From sequence record SRR31156797_12049: 37,511 nucleotides of DNA; one strand, 5' to 3'. Under the pieces are notes generated by a model. The model saw only the letters and a program-made list of their open reading frames with translations. It was not told the origin of the DNA and did not search any database. How positions within the stretch are numbered: the stretch's first letter is position 1; each line of letters starts with the position of its first letter. The translations under genes were made by a program, and so were the position numbers. This document shows positions 9,602 to 19,165 of the stretch, piece by piece.

Positions 9602-10780
9602 TTATAGTGCTTTAACTTCTTCAGCTAATTTTAGAAATGCATTTCTGGAATTTCTTATAGTAGCTATATTGCCGCAGAAAGCTATTCTTACATAACCTGG
9701 AGCACCAAAACCTGTGCCAGGAACAAACAGAATATTATATTTGGCCGCCATATTCACAAATTCTACATCGTCTTCTATTGGAGATTTCATAAACAGATAG
9801 AAAGCTCCTTCAGGTTTAATATAAGTGAAACCGCACTCATCCATCAATTCTTCCAGCAATATTCTTTGTTTGTTGTAAAATTCAACATTAGCTGGTATAT
9901 CAATTACATCAGCTATTGCCTTTTGATAAAGAGATGGGGCATTAACAAAACCTAGTGTTCTGTTGGCAAAAGTAAATGCAGAGAGTGCCATATCCAGATT
10001 TTTTAGATTAGGGCTCACAATCATATATCCGATTCTTCCGCCAGGGAGGGACATTGACTTTGACATAGAATTGATAACGATTGTATTGTCGTAGATATCA
10101 AGTATATTGGGAACTTTTTTACCATAACTTATTTCTTTGTATGGTTCATCAGATAGTATCACAATATCTGTATTATTTTCTTTTTGATAATCAGCCAGTA
10201 TATTTGCCAATTCTTCCAATTCATCTTGAGAATAGATTACACCAGTAGGATTATTAGGTGAATTAATAATGATAGCTTTTGTCTTTGGAGTCAGTGCGTT
10301 CTTAATATTCTCCATATCAAGATGGAATGAATCCTTTGTAGTTTCCACGATTACAGGCTTTCCATTATGGTTTTGTACGTAGAAGATATATTCAGAGAAA
10401 AAAGGAGCAAATACTATTACTTCATCATCTGGGTTCAATAATCCCTTTAGAGCGACGTTAAGACCGCCTGCAGCACCTACAGTCATCAACAAATTCTTTG
10501 CAGATATCTTTGTATTAATTGATTTATTATGATATTCGGCAATTTTTTCTCTGACATCAACAAAGCCTGCATTGGGCATATACTTATGAATATTGTCGTC
10601 TGTTGAATGCCTTTTTATAGCCTCTAATACCTCTTTTTGGGGTTGAGGACCAGGATTGCCCAAAGTTAAGTCGTACACATTATCAGCTCCGTAAATTTTC
10701 TTTAGGCGAGCACCCTCTTCAAACATTTTTCTTATCCAAGATGCGTTCTGCAAATCCTGCTTTATTTTTTTTGATATCAT
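9602..10780 (-). CDS. PLP-dependent class I/II aminotransferase (aspartate aminotransferase-like)
   Basis: NSPNNPTG, SDEPY, SMSKSMSLPGGRIGY (PLP lysine), PEGAFY and GYVRIAF. Confidence 0.92.
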   Translation of the reverse strand: MISKKIKQDLQNASWIRKMFEEGARLKKIYGADNVYDLTLGNPGPQPQKEVLEAIKRHSTDDNIHKYMPNAGFVDVREKIAEYHNKSINTKISAKNLLMTVGAAGGLNVALKGLLNPDDEVIVFAPFFSEYIFYVQNHNGKPVIVETTKDSFHLDMENIKNALTPKTKAIIINSPNNPTGVIYSQDELEELANILADYQKENNTDIVILSDEPYKEISYGKKVPNILDIYDNTIVINSMSKSMSLPGGRIGYMIVSPNLKNLDMALSAFTFANRTLGFVNAPSLYQKAIADVIDIPANVEFYNKQRILLEELMDECGFTYIKPEGAFYLFMKSPIEDDVEFVNMAAKYNILFVPGTGFGAPGYVRIAFCGNIATIRNSRNAFLKLAEEVKAL

Positions 10781-11020
10781 TTGTTACCCCTTAATTGATT
10801 TAACAATAATTATATAGAAAAACATCAAATAATACAATATTAAATTTTATAAGCACATTATATAACTATAAGCTATTTGTATGTTCATATATTTACCTAC
10901 ATCAATCTAGATAATTCATCATCAAAGAATAGTTTTCAGTATTGTTTTTTACACTAGTCAACATTTTTTATGAGGCTATATACATATACTAATAATGTAA
11001 TAATTTTTAAAGGTTGTTTT

Positions 11021-11734
11021 ATGAAAGTACTGCTATTGGAAAGAACTATAATATTATGTTTTTTGTGCAATAGCATTGTTATTTCTCTAGGGATGTATAC
11101 AACAGGAAGCAGAAAGTATATTCGTGGAATTGTATTTGCATTGATTTTTACTGTGCTGGACATTCTTGTTTTATATGCAGGTAGCGACTTTTTACTGATA
11201 CTTTTGATTGCTGTATCAATAGTACTTTCATATTATATCTTTACATCAAAAAGGCTAAAAGGTTTGTATACAATAATAGTAATTTTTATTATTGCTGCCG
11301 GTTTGTATTCCATGATACCAATTAGGCATAAAGTATTCAGAACAATAGTAATCGGCTTAGTGTCTCTTTTGATATGTGGATTTATTAGTCAGCTTTTTAT
11401 AAATAATTATGTAAAAAGGACTATTGCATCTATTAAGATAGAGAACTGCAGCTTTGATGCACTAATAGATACTGGAATTATCTGCGATAATTCTCCGATT
11501 ATTATAATAAGTCAGCTAAACCCCAATGTTGATATTGAGATGATTAATAAATATAAAGCTATAGATATGCCATTTACAACAATAACAGGCAGTGATAAAC
11601 AAAAAGCCTACATTGCACCAATTGTAAAGGTAGTGGTGAAGAGAAAATCCAATGTCTTTTTCGATACAGTCGTAGTCGTAACAGAGGCTGATTTACCTTG
11701 CAGGGCTATTATATCCGCAATGGGTTTAATATAA
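11021..11734 (+). CDS. spoIIGA: SpoIIGA-like pro-sigmaE processing membrane aspartic protease (divergent)
   Basis: About five N-terminal hydrophobic helices, ALIDTG aspartyl motif and PFTTITG. Lies directly upstream of sigE. Start is uncertain (10970 or 11021). Confidence 0.75.
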   Translation: MKVLLLERTIILCFLCNSIVISLGMYTTGSRKYIRGIVFALIFTVLDILVLYAGSDFLLILLIAVSIVLSYYIFTSKRLKGLYTIIVIFIIAAGLYSMIPIRHKVFRTIVIGLVSLLICGFISQLFINNYVKRTIASIKIENCSFDALIDTGIICDNSPIIIISQLNPNVDIEMINKYKAIDMPFTTITGSDKQKAYIAPIVKVVVKRKSNVFFDTVVVVTEADLPCRAIISAMGLI

Positions 11735-11755
11735 ATTAATTTTGAGGGTGATTTA

Positions 11756-12538
11756 ATGAGTGTCTTATTGAGTGAAAACACAAGTAAAGAAGTTTATTCC
11801 AATGAAAAAATGGGTATTAGTCTGGACTTAATTTATTTTAAGAAAAAAATTGCAAAACTACTAGGCAGAGATGATATTTTCATCGGCTATGTAGGCGGTT
11901 CAGCTATTCTTCCGGAGCCGCTTAATAAGGAGGAAGAAAAACTTGCACTTGATAGACTAAAAAGCGGCGACGAAAGCATTCGTCAGATACTTATTGAGCG
12001 CAATTTACGGCTTGTTGTGTATATAGCAAGGAAATTTGACGGTACATCCGTTGGATTAGAAGATTTAATATCTATTGGAGCAATAGGATTGATTAAAGCG
12101 GTAAATACATTTGACCCAACGAGGAATTTCAAATTAGCAACATATGCCTCCCGCTGTATAGAGAATGAAATATTAATGCATTTGCGCAAGACAAGTAAGA
12201 TTCGCTCCGAAGTATCAATCGACGAGCCATTAAATACAGATTGGGATGGGAACAAATTGCTTTTGTCGGATATTCTTGGCACAGATGAAAATATAGTTAG
12301 TACAGAAATAGAACAGCGTGATAACAAAAGAATAGTACTGGAGGCGGTAAAAAGACTATCTAAGAGAGATATGGAAATAATGAGCATGAGATTTGGATTA
12401 TTAGGGTATGAGTACAAGACCCAAAAGCAGGTAGCTGATTATCTTGGTATTTCACAATCATATATTTCTCGACTGGAAAAGAGAATTTTCAATAAATTAA
12501 AAAAGGATTTAATGAAAAATGACATTGCTTTTATTTGA
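11756..12538 (+). CDS. sigE: Sporulation sigma factor pro-SigE
   Basis: YVGGSAILPEPL, LIERNLRLVVYIARKF, KLATYASRCIENEILM, LNTDWDGNKLLLSDILGT, GISQSYISRLEKRI. Confidence 0.96.
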   Translation: MSVLLSENTSKEVYSNEKMGISLDLIYFKKKIAKLLGRDDIFIGYVGGSAILPEPLNKEEEKLALDRLKSGDESIRQILIERNLRLVVYIARKFDGTSVGLEDLISIGAIGLIKAVNTFDPTRNFKLATYASRCIENEILMHLRKTSKIRSEVSIDEPLNTDWDGNKLLLSDILGTDENIVSTEIEQRDNKRIVLEAVKRLSKRDMEIMSMRFGLLGYEYKTQKQVADYLGISQSYISRLEKRIFNKLKKDLMKNDIAFI

Positions 12539-12558
12539 TGAATCGCCAGTTGAACAAA

Positions 12559-12588
12559 GTATAAAATTTATAGATTTTGTAAAAAATA
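12559..12588 (+). promoter_or_regulatory. Candidate SigF/SigG-type promoter of sigG
   Basis: GTATA-N15-GTAAAAAATA resembles the SigF consensus GYATA-N15-GGnnAnAHTA and lies in the sigE-sigG gap. Confidence 0.45.
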
Positions 12589-12621
12589 TAGTCAGCAAAG
12601 TTTATTTGTGGAGGGTATAGT

Positions 12622-13398
12622 ATGGTACAAAAAACTAAAGTTGACATATGTGGAGTTGACACATCGCAGCTTCCCACTTTAAAACATAAGGAAATTACTG
12701 ATTTATTGTTAAAGATGCAGAGTGGAGACACAAGTGCTAGAGAAAAGATAATTAATGGCAATCTGCGCCTTGTCCTAAGTGTGATTAAACGATTCTCAAA
12801 CAGAGGAGAAAACCCAGATGATTTATTCCAGGTTGGCTGTATTGGTCTGATTAAGGCTATAGATAATTTCGACCTAAAGCATAATGTAAGGTTCTCCACC
12901 TATGCAGTTCCTATGATAATTGGTGAAATTAGACGATATTTAAGGGATAATAATTCTATTCGTGTATCCAGAAGTTTGAGAGATATTGCCTACAAGGCAT
13001 TGCAGGCAAGAGAAATGCTTTCTGCGAAAATGGACAGAGAGCCTACTATTGAGGAAATTTCGGCTGAGCTTGAGCTGCCTAAAGAAAATGTAGTATTTGC
13101 ACTTGATGCAATACAGGATCCTATTTCTTTGTTTGATCCAATATATAATGACGGAGGTGATGCAATCTATGTCATGGATCAGGTAAAGGATGAAACAGAG
13201 AACTGTGAATCATGGTCAAACGAGATTACTGTTCGTGAAGCTGTAAAAAAACTGGACATGCGCGAAAAGCGAATACTCTACATGAGGTTTTATCAGGGAA
13301 GAACCCAGATGGAAGTAGCTAACGAAATCGGCATATCGCAAGCACAGGTATCAAGACTGGAAAAGGCGGCACTGAAACGAATGAGAAAATCTATGTAA
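12622..13398 (+). CDS. sigG: Sporulation sigma factor SigG
   Basis: KVDICGVDTSQLP, GNLRLVLSVIKRF, DDLFQVGCIGL, VRFSTYAVPMIIGEIRRYLRDNNSIRVSRSLRD. GGAGG RBS. Confidence 0.97.
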   Translation: MVQKTKVDICGVDTSQLPTLKHKEITDLLLKMQSGDTSAREKIINGNLRLVLSVIKRFSNRGENPDDLFQVGCIGLIKAIDNFDLKHNVRFSTYAVPMIIGEIRRYLRDNNSIRVSRSLRDIAYKALQAREMLSAKMDREPTIEEISAELELPKENVVFALDAIQDPISLFDPIYNDGGDAIYVMDQVKDETENCESWSNEITVREAVKKLDMREKRILYMRFYQGRTQMEVANEIGISQAQVSRLEKAALKRMRKSM

Positions 13399-13420
13399 TC
13401 TAATTGAAATGCAAGTATAT

Positions 13421-13455
13421 AAAGAGGTTCCAAAGTCATTTTGGGGGCTTCTTTT
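13421..13455 (+). terminator. Probable terminator after sigG
   Basis: Imperfect stem AAGAGGTTCCAAA...TTGGGGGCTTCTT followed by Ts. Confidence 0.55.
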
Positions 13456-13555
13456 AATATTATTGGCTAATTAAAAGCAAATATATTGTAATAAGGTGAT
13501 TATAATAGTAGAATATTGTATATTATACTTATAAAGCACTATTATTGGAGAAATT

Positions 13556-14701
13556 ATGGATACAATTAAATTATACAGTATAGCTAGAGAAAAGTACGCA
13601 GAAATCGGAATAAATACTGATGTAGTTCTTGAAGACCTCACTAAACTAAGTCTGTCCATAGATTGTAATCTAGGGAATACGGATTTAACTGGAAGCAGTC
13701 AAGTAGAGAACGTAATAGATTTAAAGGACGATATAAGCACGGCTATCTCTCTAATCCCAGGAATGCACAGGATAAATCTAGATGCCAAATGTTACTTTAC
13801 AGATGACATTGTCTCAATTGATGAGCTTGAGTCAAGATATTTCGATGAATGGGTTAAATGGGGTAAAACCAAAGTAAAGGGTATTGATATCATAACCTCG
13901 ATGAATAACCATGAGATGGCTGATACTGGATATACATTGTCTAGTGAAGATAAAGGTATAAGGTTTTTCTGGATACAGCATGCAATAGCGTGTAGGAAAA
14001 TCGGTGAGAAGTTCGGCAGGGAGTTAATATCTCCAAGTTATGTGAATATCAGAACACTTGATGTGCATAATTTAGGTAAGGTAAACATATCCCAGAGGCA
14101 GCAGCTGCTGATAAAATCTCTTGATAAAATATATACTTCCAAGATAGACGAATATTGTGTGAATGATATTATCAGCGGAAGTACTAATGGAGACAGCGAT
14201 GAGTATCCTATAGCCAGTGAATTACTGTGCCAACAGTATTCCAGAAAAGCGTTTACTGTACCACATATTACAGTAAGCAGTTATTTTGATGATATGAAGA
14301 TGCATACAATGATGAGCAATGCTCTGTATTTTAGCAATACATTGGCTGTCAGCATTTCTCCATCGAGAGGTGAGAAGGTCATTACCGTAGATGAAAGCAT
14401 CCAAAAGCAGATTGACTATCTGGTTAGGAATGATTTATTGGATGATACTCAGATATTTATAAATCTAAGTTTGGATAAAGAAAACAGGCTGAAGCAGTGG
14501 GTTATTAGTGTAAGAAATATACAAAGAGCAGTACTAAGATCTATACTTATGTCACAGGATATTGTCGGTAGATGCGATGAATATATGAAAATAGCATTAG
14601 CAGAGGAATTTAAATCATACCCTATGGGTGCAGTCTGGGATTATTTCTGTAGAATAAATGATACACCTGAAGGAATTGATTATATTAATAATATAAAATG
14701 A
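13556..14701 (+). CDS. L-rhamnose isomerase (RhaA) homolog, apparently catalytically inactive
   Basis: Collinear with RhaA as recalled: SLIPG.HRINL, F.EWV.W.K, G.TLSS.D..IR.FWI.H, EEFKSYP.GAVWDYFC. The metal and catalytic motifs are substituted. GGAG RBS. Confidence 0.8.
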   Translation: MDTIKLYSIAREKYAEIGINTDVVLEDLTKLSLSIDCNLGNTDLTGSSQVENVIDLKDDISTAISLIPGMHRINLDAKCYFTDDIVSIDELESRYFDEWVKWGKTKVKGIDIITSMNNHEMADTGYTLSSEDKGIRFFWIQHAIACRKIGEKFGRELISPSYVNIRTLDVHNLGKVNISQRQQLLIKSLDKIYTSKIDEYCVNDIISGSTNGDSDEYPIASELLCQQYSRKAFTVPHITVSSYFDDMKMHTMMSNALYFSNTLAVSISPSRGEKVITVDESIQKQIDYLVRNDLLDDTQIFINLSLDKENRLKQWVISVRNIQRAVLRSILMSQDIVGRCDEYMKIALAEEFKSYPMGAVWDYFCRINDTPEGIDYINNIK

Positions 14702-14746
14702 TTTTATAACACATGATTGAATAGCATAATAATATATTTACACATT

Positions 14747-14778
14747 AAAAAGAACCAGTAATTAAATTGGTTCTTTTT
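14747..14778. terminator. Bidirectional terminator
   Basis: AAAAAGAACCAG...TTGGTTCTTTTT between convergent genes. Confidence 0.8.
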
Positions 14779-14841
14779 ATTGTCATACATATTCTGTTAA
14801 ACACATTCACAAAAATGGCCTGTATTCAATTTCTGAGAATA

Positions 14842-15099
<258 letters not shown>

Positions 15100-15241
15100 T
15101 TATGGTATTTTATTATCATTTAATACCTACATAGGCTTTGTGCAAACAATAATTCGAGTTTAAAGAAAAATATTTCATATTTTCGACAAAAAACACCATA
15201 TTTATAACAATATGTGTTATAATAAGCAACGGAGGTAAGAA

Positions 15242-16972
15242 ATGAAAAAAATAACAATATTATTTCTAATTATTAGTGTACTGTTATTATCATTAGCAGC
15301 ATGTTCAAGTACAAATAGAACTGTGATAACTAATGATGATAATGAAGAGGAACAAGTTGTTGTGGAAACACAAGTGGAAGAAGAAACAGAAACAACTAAT
15401 GAAGAAGGAAAATCTGAAGAAACCGAAGCAATAGAAGAAGAAACACCAGAGGAAGAACTGGATGTAACTATGGAAGAAACTGTTTTGATGGATCAGGATG
15501 ATATTCTAATTAAAGCGATGTCACTGGATGCTGATGGCATGTTTGGACCTGTAATTGATATTTTTATTGAGAATAACTCTGAAGAGGATATAAGAGTATC
15601 ATTTGAAGCGATTTCAATAAATGGCTTTATGATTAATGATTACTTCATATCAGAAGTTGCAGCTGGTAAAAAGGCAAATGAGGAACTGGATATATCAGAT
15701 GATAAATTAGAGCAAAGCGGAATAGAATACATAGCCGATATTTCTATGACTATAGAAATAAGAGAACCTGATATATATGATGATATACTAGATCCAATTC
15801 CGGCAGCTATTGAAACTTCGATTTCAAGCAACTATGAACAACCACTGCCCGTTGGTGGAGAAGTTGTGTTGGACCAAGATGGAGTAAAAATCACATATTT
15901 GTCATTTGATATGGATGGCTTTCTAGGACCTGAGATGTATTATTTCATTGAGAATAATACTGATAATGGTATTACAGTGCAGGCACGAGATGTATCAATA
16001 AATGGATATATGATTGATCCAACCTTTTCATGTGATATAGCAGCTGGTAAAAAAGCAGTGGATGATATGAGCTTCTATTCAAGTGATTTTGAGGATAATG
16101 ATATTGATGCAATTGATTATGTTGAATTATATTTCCACATTTATGATATGGATAGCTGGGATACGATATTTGATTCAGAAACTATTGCGATAGGTGAAGA
16201 GAGTACTGGTACAGATACTAGTGAACAGCAAAATGGAGAAAGTGAAATATTATTAGACCAAGATGGTATTAAAATAACATATACAGGTTTTGATGATGAC
16301 ACTTCAATGGGCGTTGGGTATAAACTCTTGATAGAGAACAATTCGGATAAAACTATTACAGTTCAGACAAGAGATGAAAATATCAATGGATATATGGTAG
16401 ATGGAATTTTATCAGCTGATGTAGCTCCAGATAAAAAAGCAAATGAAATAATTTCTATCTGGGATTCGGATTTGGAACAAAGCGATATTGATGAAATAAA
16501 GTCTTTTGAATTCGTACTAAAGGTTATGGAGGAAGACAGCTGGGATGAAATTTTCGTATCAGACGTTATTACTCTAACAAATACTGATGTAATATCAGAT
16601 GATGTTGACGAGGCTCCCGAAGGACAATTACTTGTAGATGAAAATGATATTAAAATCATCTTTGTTGATATGGAATATAGTGAATATTCAGGAGAAAAAC
16701 TTCGTTTTTATATTGAAAATAATTCTGATGAGGGCATAAGCATTAGTGCAGAAGATGTATCTTTAAATGGTTTTATGCTGGACAGCTATATGTATGGAGA
16801 TATTCTTGCACATAGAAAAGCGTACACAATACTTACATTGGATGACGATGACTTAGAGGATAATGGTATCGAAGAGCTGGATGTATTGGAATTCATAATT
16901 GAAGTCAGCGAATATGATGGATGGAGTGATATATTCACAACCGATACTTTGGTTATTGAAGACTTGTCATAA
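15242..16972 (+). CDS. Very acidic lipoprotein with four tandem ~115-130 aa repeat domains
   Basis: Lipobox LAAC and an E/T-rich linker. Four copies of D(Q/E)(D/N).I.I...IENN....I.V....S.NG(F/Y)M.....(D/E)...(G/D)KKA. GGAGG RBS. Confidence 0.85.
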   Translation: MKKITILFLIISVLLLSLAACSSTNRTVITNDDNEEEQVVVETQVEEETETTNEEGKSEETEAIEEETPEEELDVTMEETVLMDQDDILIKAMSLDADGMFGPVIDIFIENNSEEDIRVSFEAISINGFMINDYFISEVAAGKKANEELDISDDKLEQSGIEYIADISMTIEIREPDIYDDILDPIPAAIETSISSNYEQPLPVGGEVVLDQDGVKITYLSFDMDGFLGPEMYYFIENNTDNGITVQARDVSINGYMIDPTFSCDIAAGKKAVDDMSFYSSDFEDNDIDAIDYVELYFHIYDMDSWDTIFDSETIAIGEESTGTDTSEQQNGESEILLDQDGIKITYTGFDDDTSMGVGYKLLIENNSDKTITVQTRDENINGYMVDGILSADVAPDKKANEIISIWDSDLEQSDIDEIKSFEFVLKVMEEDSWDEIFVSDVITLTNTDVISDDVDEAPEGQLLVDENDIKIIFVDMEYSEYSGEKLRFYIENNSDEGISISAEDVSLNGFMLDSYMYGDILAHRKAYTILTLDDDDLEDNGIEELDVLEFIIEVSEYDGWSDIFTTDTLVIEDLS

Positions 16973-16997
16973 GATTATTTTACAATTATTTAATTAC

Positions 16998-17030
16998 AAC
17001 CTGCTAATTATATAACTTAGCAGGTTTTTT
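16998..17030 (+). terminator. Intrinsic terminator
   Basis: AACCTGCTAA...TTAGCAGGTT followed by a T run. Confidence 0.85.
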
Positions 17031-17053
17031 AATTTATCATACATATTTGAAAA

Positions 17054-17082
17054 TTGACGAAGATTTTTGCCTATGATATAAT
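17054..17082 (+). promoter_or_regulatory. SigmaA promoter of the flippase gene
   Basis: TTGACG-17-TATAAT with extended TG. Confidence 0.7.
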
Positions 17083-17131
17083 TACCCGAACATTTTTTTG
17101 TGTATGGCAGTAATTTAAAACGTAAATTGAT

Positions 17132-18568
17132 TTGGATAACAATATTTATATGAGCATTATAGGTGGATTAAATAAAAAATTAGGTAAAGAAGTAAAAGCA
17201 GGTTTTGGTTATACCCTTGGCAATATATTGGTAAATGGCATAGCTTTTCTTGCTATGCCTATTTTCACTCGGATGCTGACCCAAGAAGGATATGGTTTAC
17301 TGGCTACATATTCAACCTACGTAAATGTGTTTGTTGTACTAATTGGACTTAATCTTGGTGCAGCAATAATTAGGGGTTATATCGATTTTACTGAGGATTT
17401 TGATGATTTTTTGTCAGCTAATTTGTTTCTTAGCTTGATTTCATTTAGTGTATTTAGCATTCTATTGTTTTTATTTCGTGATGCAATCTCAAGCGTATCA
17501 GATTTTCCGTTCTATATTTGGGTATTGATTTTTTTGCAGGCATATTTTACATTTATTATTAATTTCTATAGTTCGAAGTGTGTTGTATTGTATAAGTACA
17601 AGCAGCAGGTCTCAATATCTGTTATAAATACTTTGGTGGGAGTTGTAATTTCAATCATTCTAGTTTACTTATTTATCGAGAATAAGTACATGGGTAGAAT
17701 TATTGGACAGGTAATACCAATGGTTATAATTGGTATTAGTTTGATTGTTATACTGCTTAAAAGGGGACACAAATATATATCCAAGAAATACTGGTCATAT
17801 GCTCTGAAGCTGTCAATTCCAATAATGCCGCACCTTTTAGCGCACTTGATTTTGGGGCAGCTTGACAGAATATTGATAACTAAATATGTGAACCTAGCTG
17901 CTACAGGCATATATTCAGTGGGATATACTATTGCGATAATCATGCAGATAGTACTGCTTTCCATAAACAATGCTTGGCTTCCTTGGTTCAATAATCAGAT
18001 GTTAACCAAATCAAACGATGAAATTAGAAAAGTATCCAGCACTTTAAGTGTTGTATTCGTATTCTTATCTCTTGGACTAATGTTAATATCTCCGGAACTG
18101 CTAAGAATTGTTGCTCCAGGGTTTTCACAAGCTATACACATAATACCTATTGTAATATTGTCATATGTATTCCAGTTTGCATATACAATGCTTGTCAATG
18201 TGCAGTTCTTTTACAAGAAAAATTATTTCGTCCCAATAGGCACAAGCATAGCAGCAGGATTGAATTTTGTTCTTAATGTTATATATATTCCTAGATACGG
18301 ATTCGTAGCTGCAGCATATACTACATTGATTTCATATTTTGCATTGTTTGCGGTTCACTATTTTGTTAATAAAGTGATTCTTAAATCAAATGTGTTTAAA
18401 GGAGCATATTTTATAAAATTCCTATCAATAGCTATTGCCGCAATTGCTGTATATTTGTTTATTCAGGATATTATCTGGCTAAGATATCTGCTGATAGTAT
18501 TTATGTGTGCAGCAATGCTGTTTAGATACAGAAATGAGATAAGGGATTTTATCAATAAAAAGGTCTGA
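17132..18568 (+). CDS. Wzx-like oligosaccharide flippase (MOP superfamily)
   Basis: About 12-14 hydrophobic segments. PIFTR.L....YG, D(R)ILI, GIYSVGY and N...IP.YG..AAA.TT motifs. Start is uncertain (TTG 17132 or ATG 17150). Confidence 0.85.
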   Translation: MDNNIYMSIIGGLNKKLGKEVKAGFGYTLGNILVNGIAFLAMPIFTRMLTQEGYGLLATYSTYVNVFVVLIGLNLGAAIIRGYIDFTEDFDDFLSANLFLSLISFSVFSILLFLFRDAISSVSDFPFYIWVLIFLQAYFTFIINFYSSKCVVLYKYKQQVSISVINTLVGVVISIILVYLFIENKYMGRIIGQVIPMVIIGISLIVILLKRGHKYISKKYWSYALKLSIPIMPHLLAHLILGQLDRILITKYVNLAATGIYSVGYTIAIIMQIVLLSINNAWLPWFNNQMLTKSNDEIRKVSSTLSVVFVFLSLGLMLISPELLRIVAPGFSQAIHIIPIVILSYVFQFAYTMLVNVQFFYKKNYFVPIGTSIAAGLNFVLNVIYIPRYGFVAAAYTTLISYFALFAVHYFVNKVILKSNVFKGAYFIKFLSIAIAAIAVYLFIQDIIWLRYLLIVFMCAAMLFRYRNEIRDFINKKV

Positions 18569-18577
18569 TTAGGTTAG

Positions 18578-18612
18578 AAAGGTTATCCATGTTTGGCTTG
18601 GATAACCTTTTT
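18578..18612. terminator. Bidirectional terminator
   Basis: AAAGGTTATCCA...TGGATAACCTTT stem between convergent genes. Confidence 0.85.
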
Positions 18613-18617
18613 GTCAA

Positions 18618-19112
18618 TTATACTTCTGTTTTATCATCATTCAGATGAAGCACTTTCCAGTCATTTTCATCTAGTCCGTCTGCCGATATCTTTGTCAAAT
18701 CCAGTTTCATATATTTAGCTTTTGCAGTTACTGCAATTTCTCCCTCAGGAGTGTATATTTCACCAGTACCTTCAGCCAAAAGGCGAGTATCTTTTGTTAT
18801 TCTTCCGACTGCTTTTAGTTCTACACCATATGGTAAAGGTTTCTTGTATTTTACATTTAATTCAACGGTAACTGCCCAGTTGTCAGGGTCACCGATTTGC
18901 ATACATCTGCCTATTAATTCATCTAGGATGGATGCAGATATCCCGCCATGCAGTCTGCCGGGGAAACTCTGGTGCATAGGATCAGGGGTAAATACTGCAA
19001 CCAGCTCATCATTTTCCACTTCATAAAACCTAGCATTGAGACCCATGTTGTTTTCCCATCCACATACGAAACACTCTCTAGCATTTGGCTGTTTATTTAA
19101 TACCTTTTTCAT
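18618..19112 (-). CDS. PaaI-family hotdog-fold thioesterase
   Basis: CFVCG..N..GL, LHGGISASILDE and VTVELNVKYKKP. Confidence 0.88.
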   Translation of the reverse strand: MKKVLNKQPNARECFVCGWENNMGLNARFYEVENDELVAVFTPDPMHQSFPGRLHGGISASILDELIGRCMQIGDPDNWAVTVELNVKYKKPLPYGVELKAVGRITKDTRLLAEGTGEIYTPEGEIAVTAKAKYMKLDLTKISADGLDENDWKVLHLNDDKTEV

Positions 19113-19127
19113 TTAATTACCTCAGAA

Positions 19128-19160
19128 ATAAGCAGACAAATACTGATATTGTCTGCTTAT
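19128..19160 (-). terminator. Hairpin or terminator after thrS
   Basis: ATAAGCAGACAA-N9-TTGTCTGCTTAT perfect 12-bp stem. Confidence 0.7.
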
Positions 19161-19165
19161 GTTAA

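Noticed and set aside
13556-14701. Annotation as a functional rhaA or as a pseudogene
   Set aside because: The catalytic motifs are missing, so it is not called rhaA. The frame, RBS and terminator are intact, so it is not called a pseudogene.
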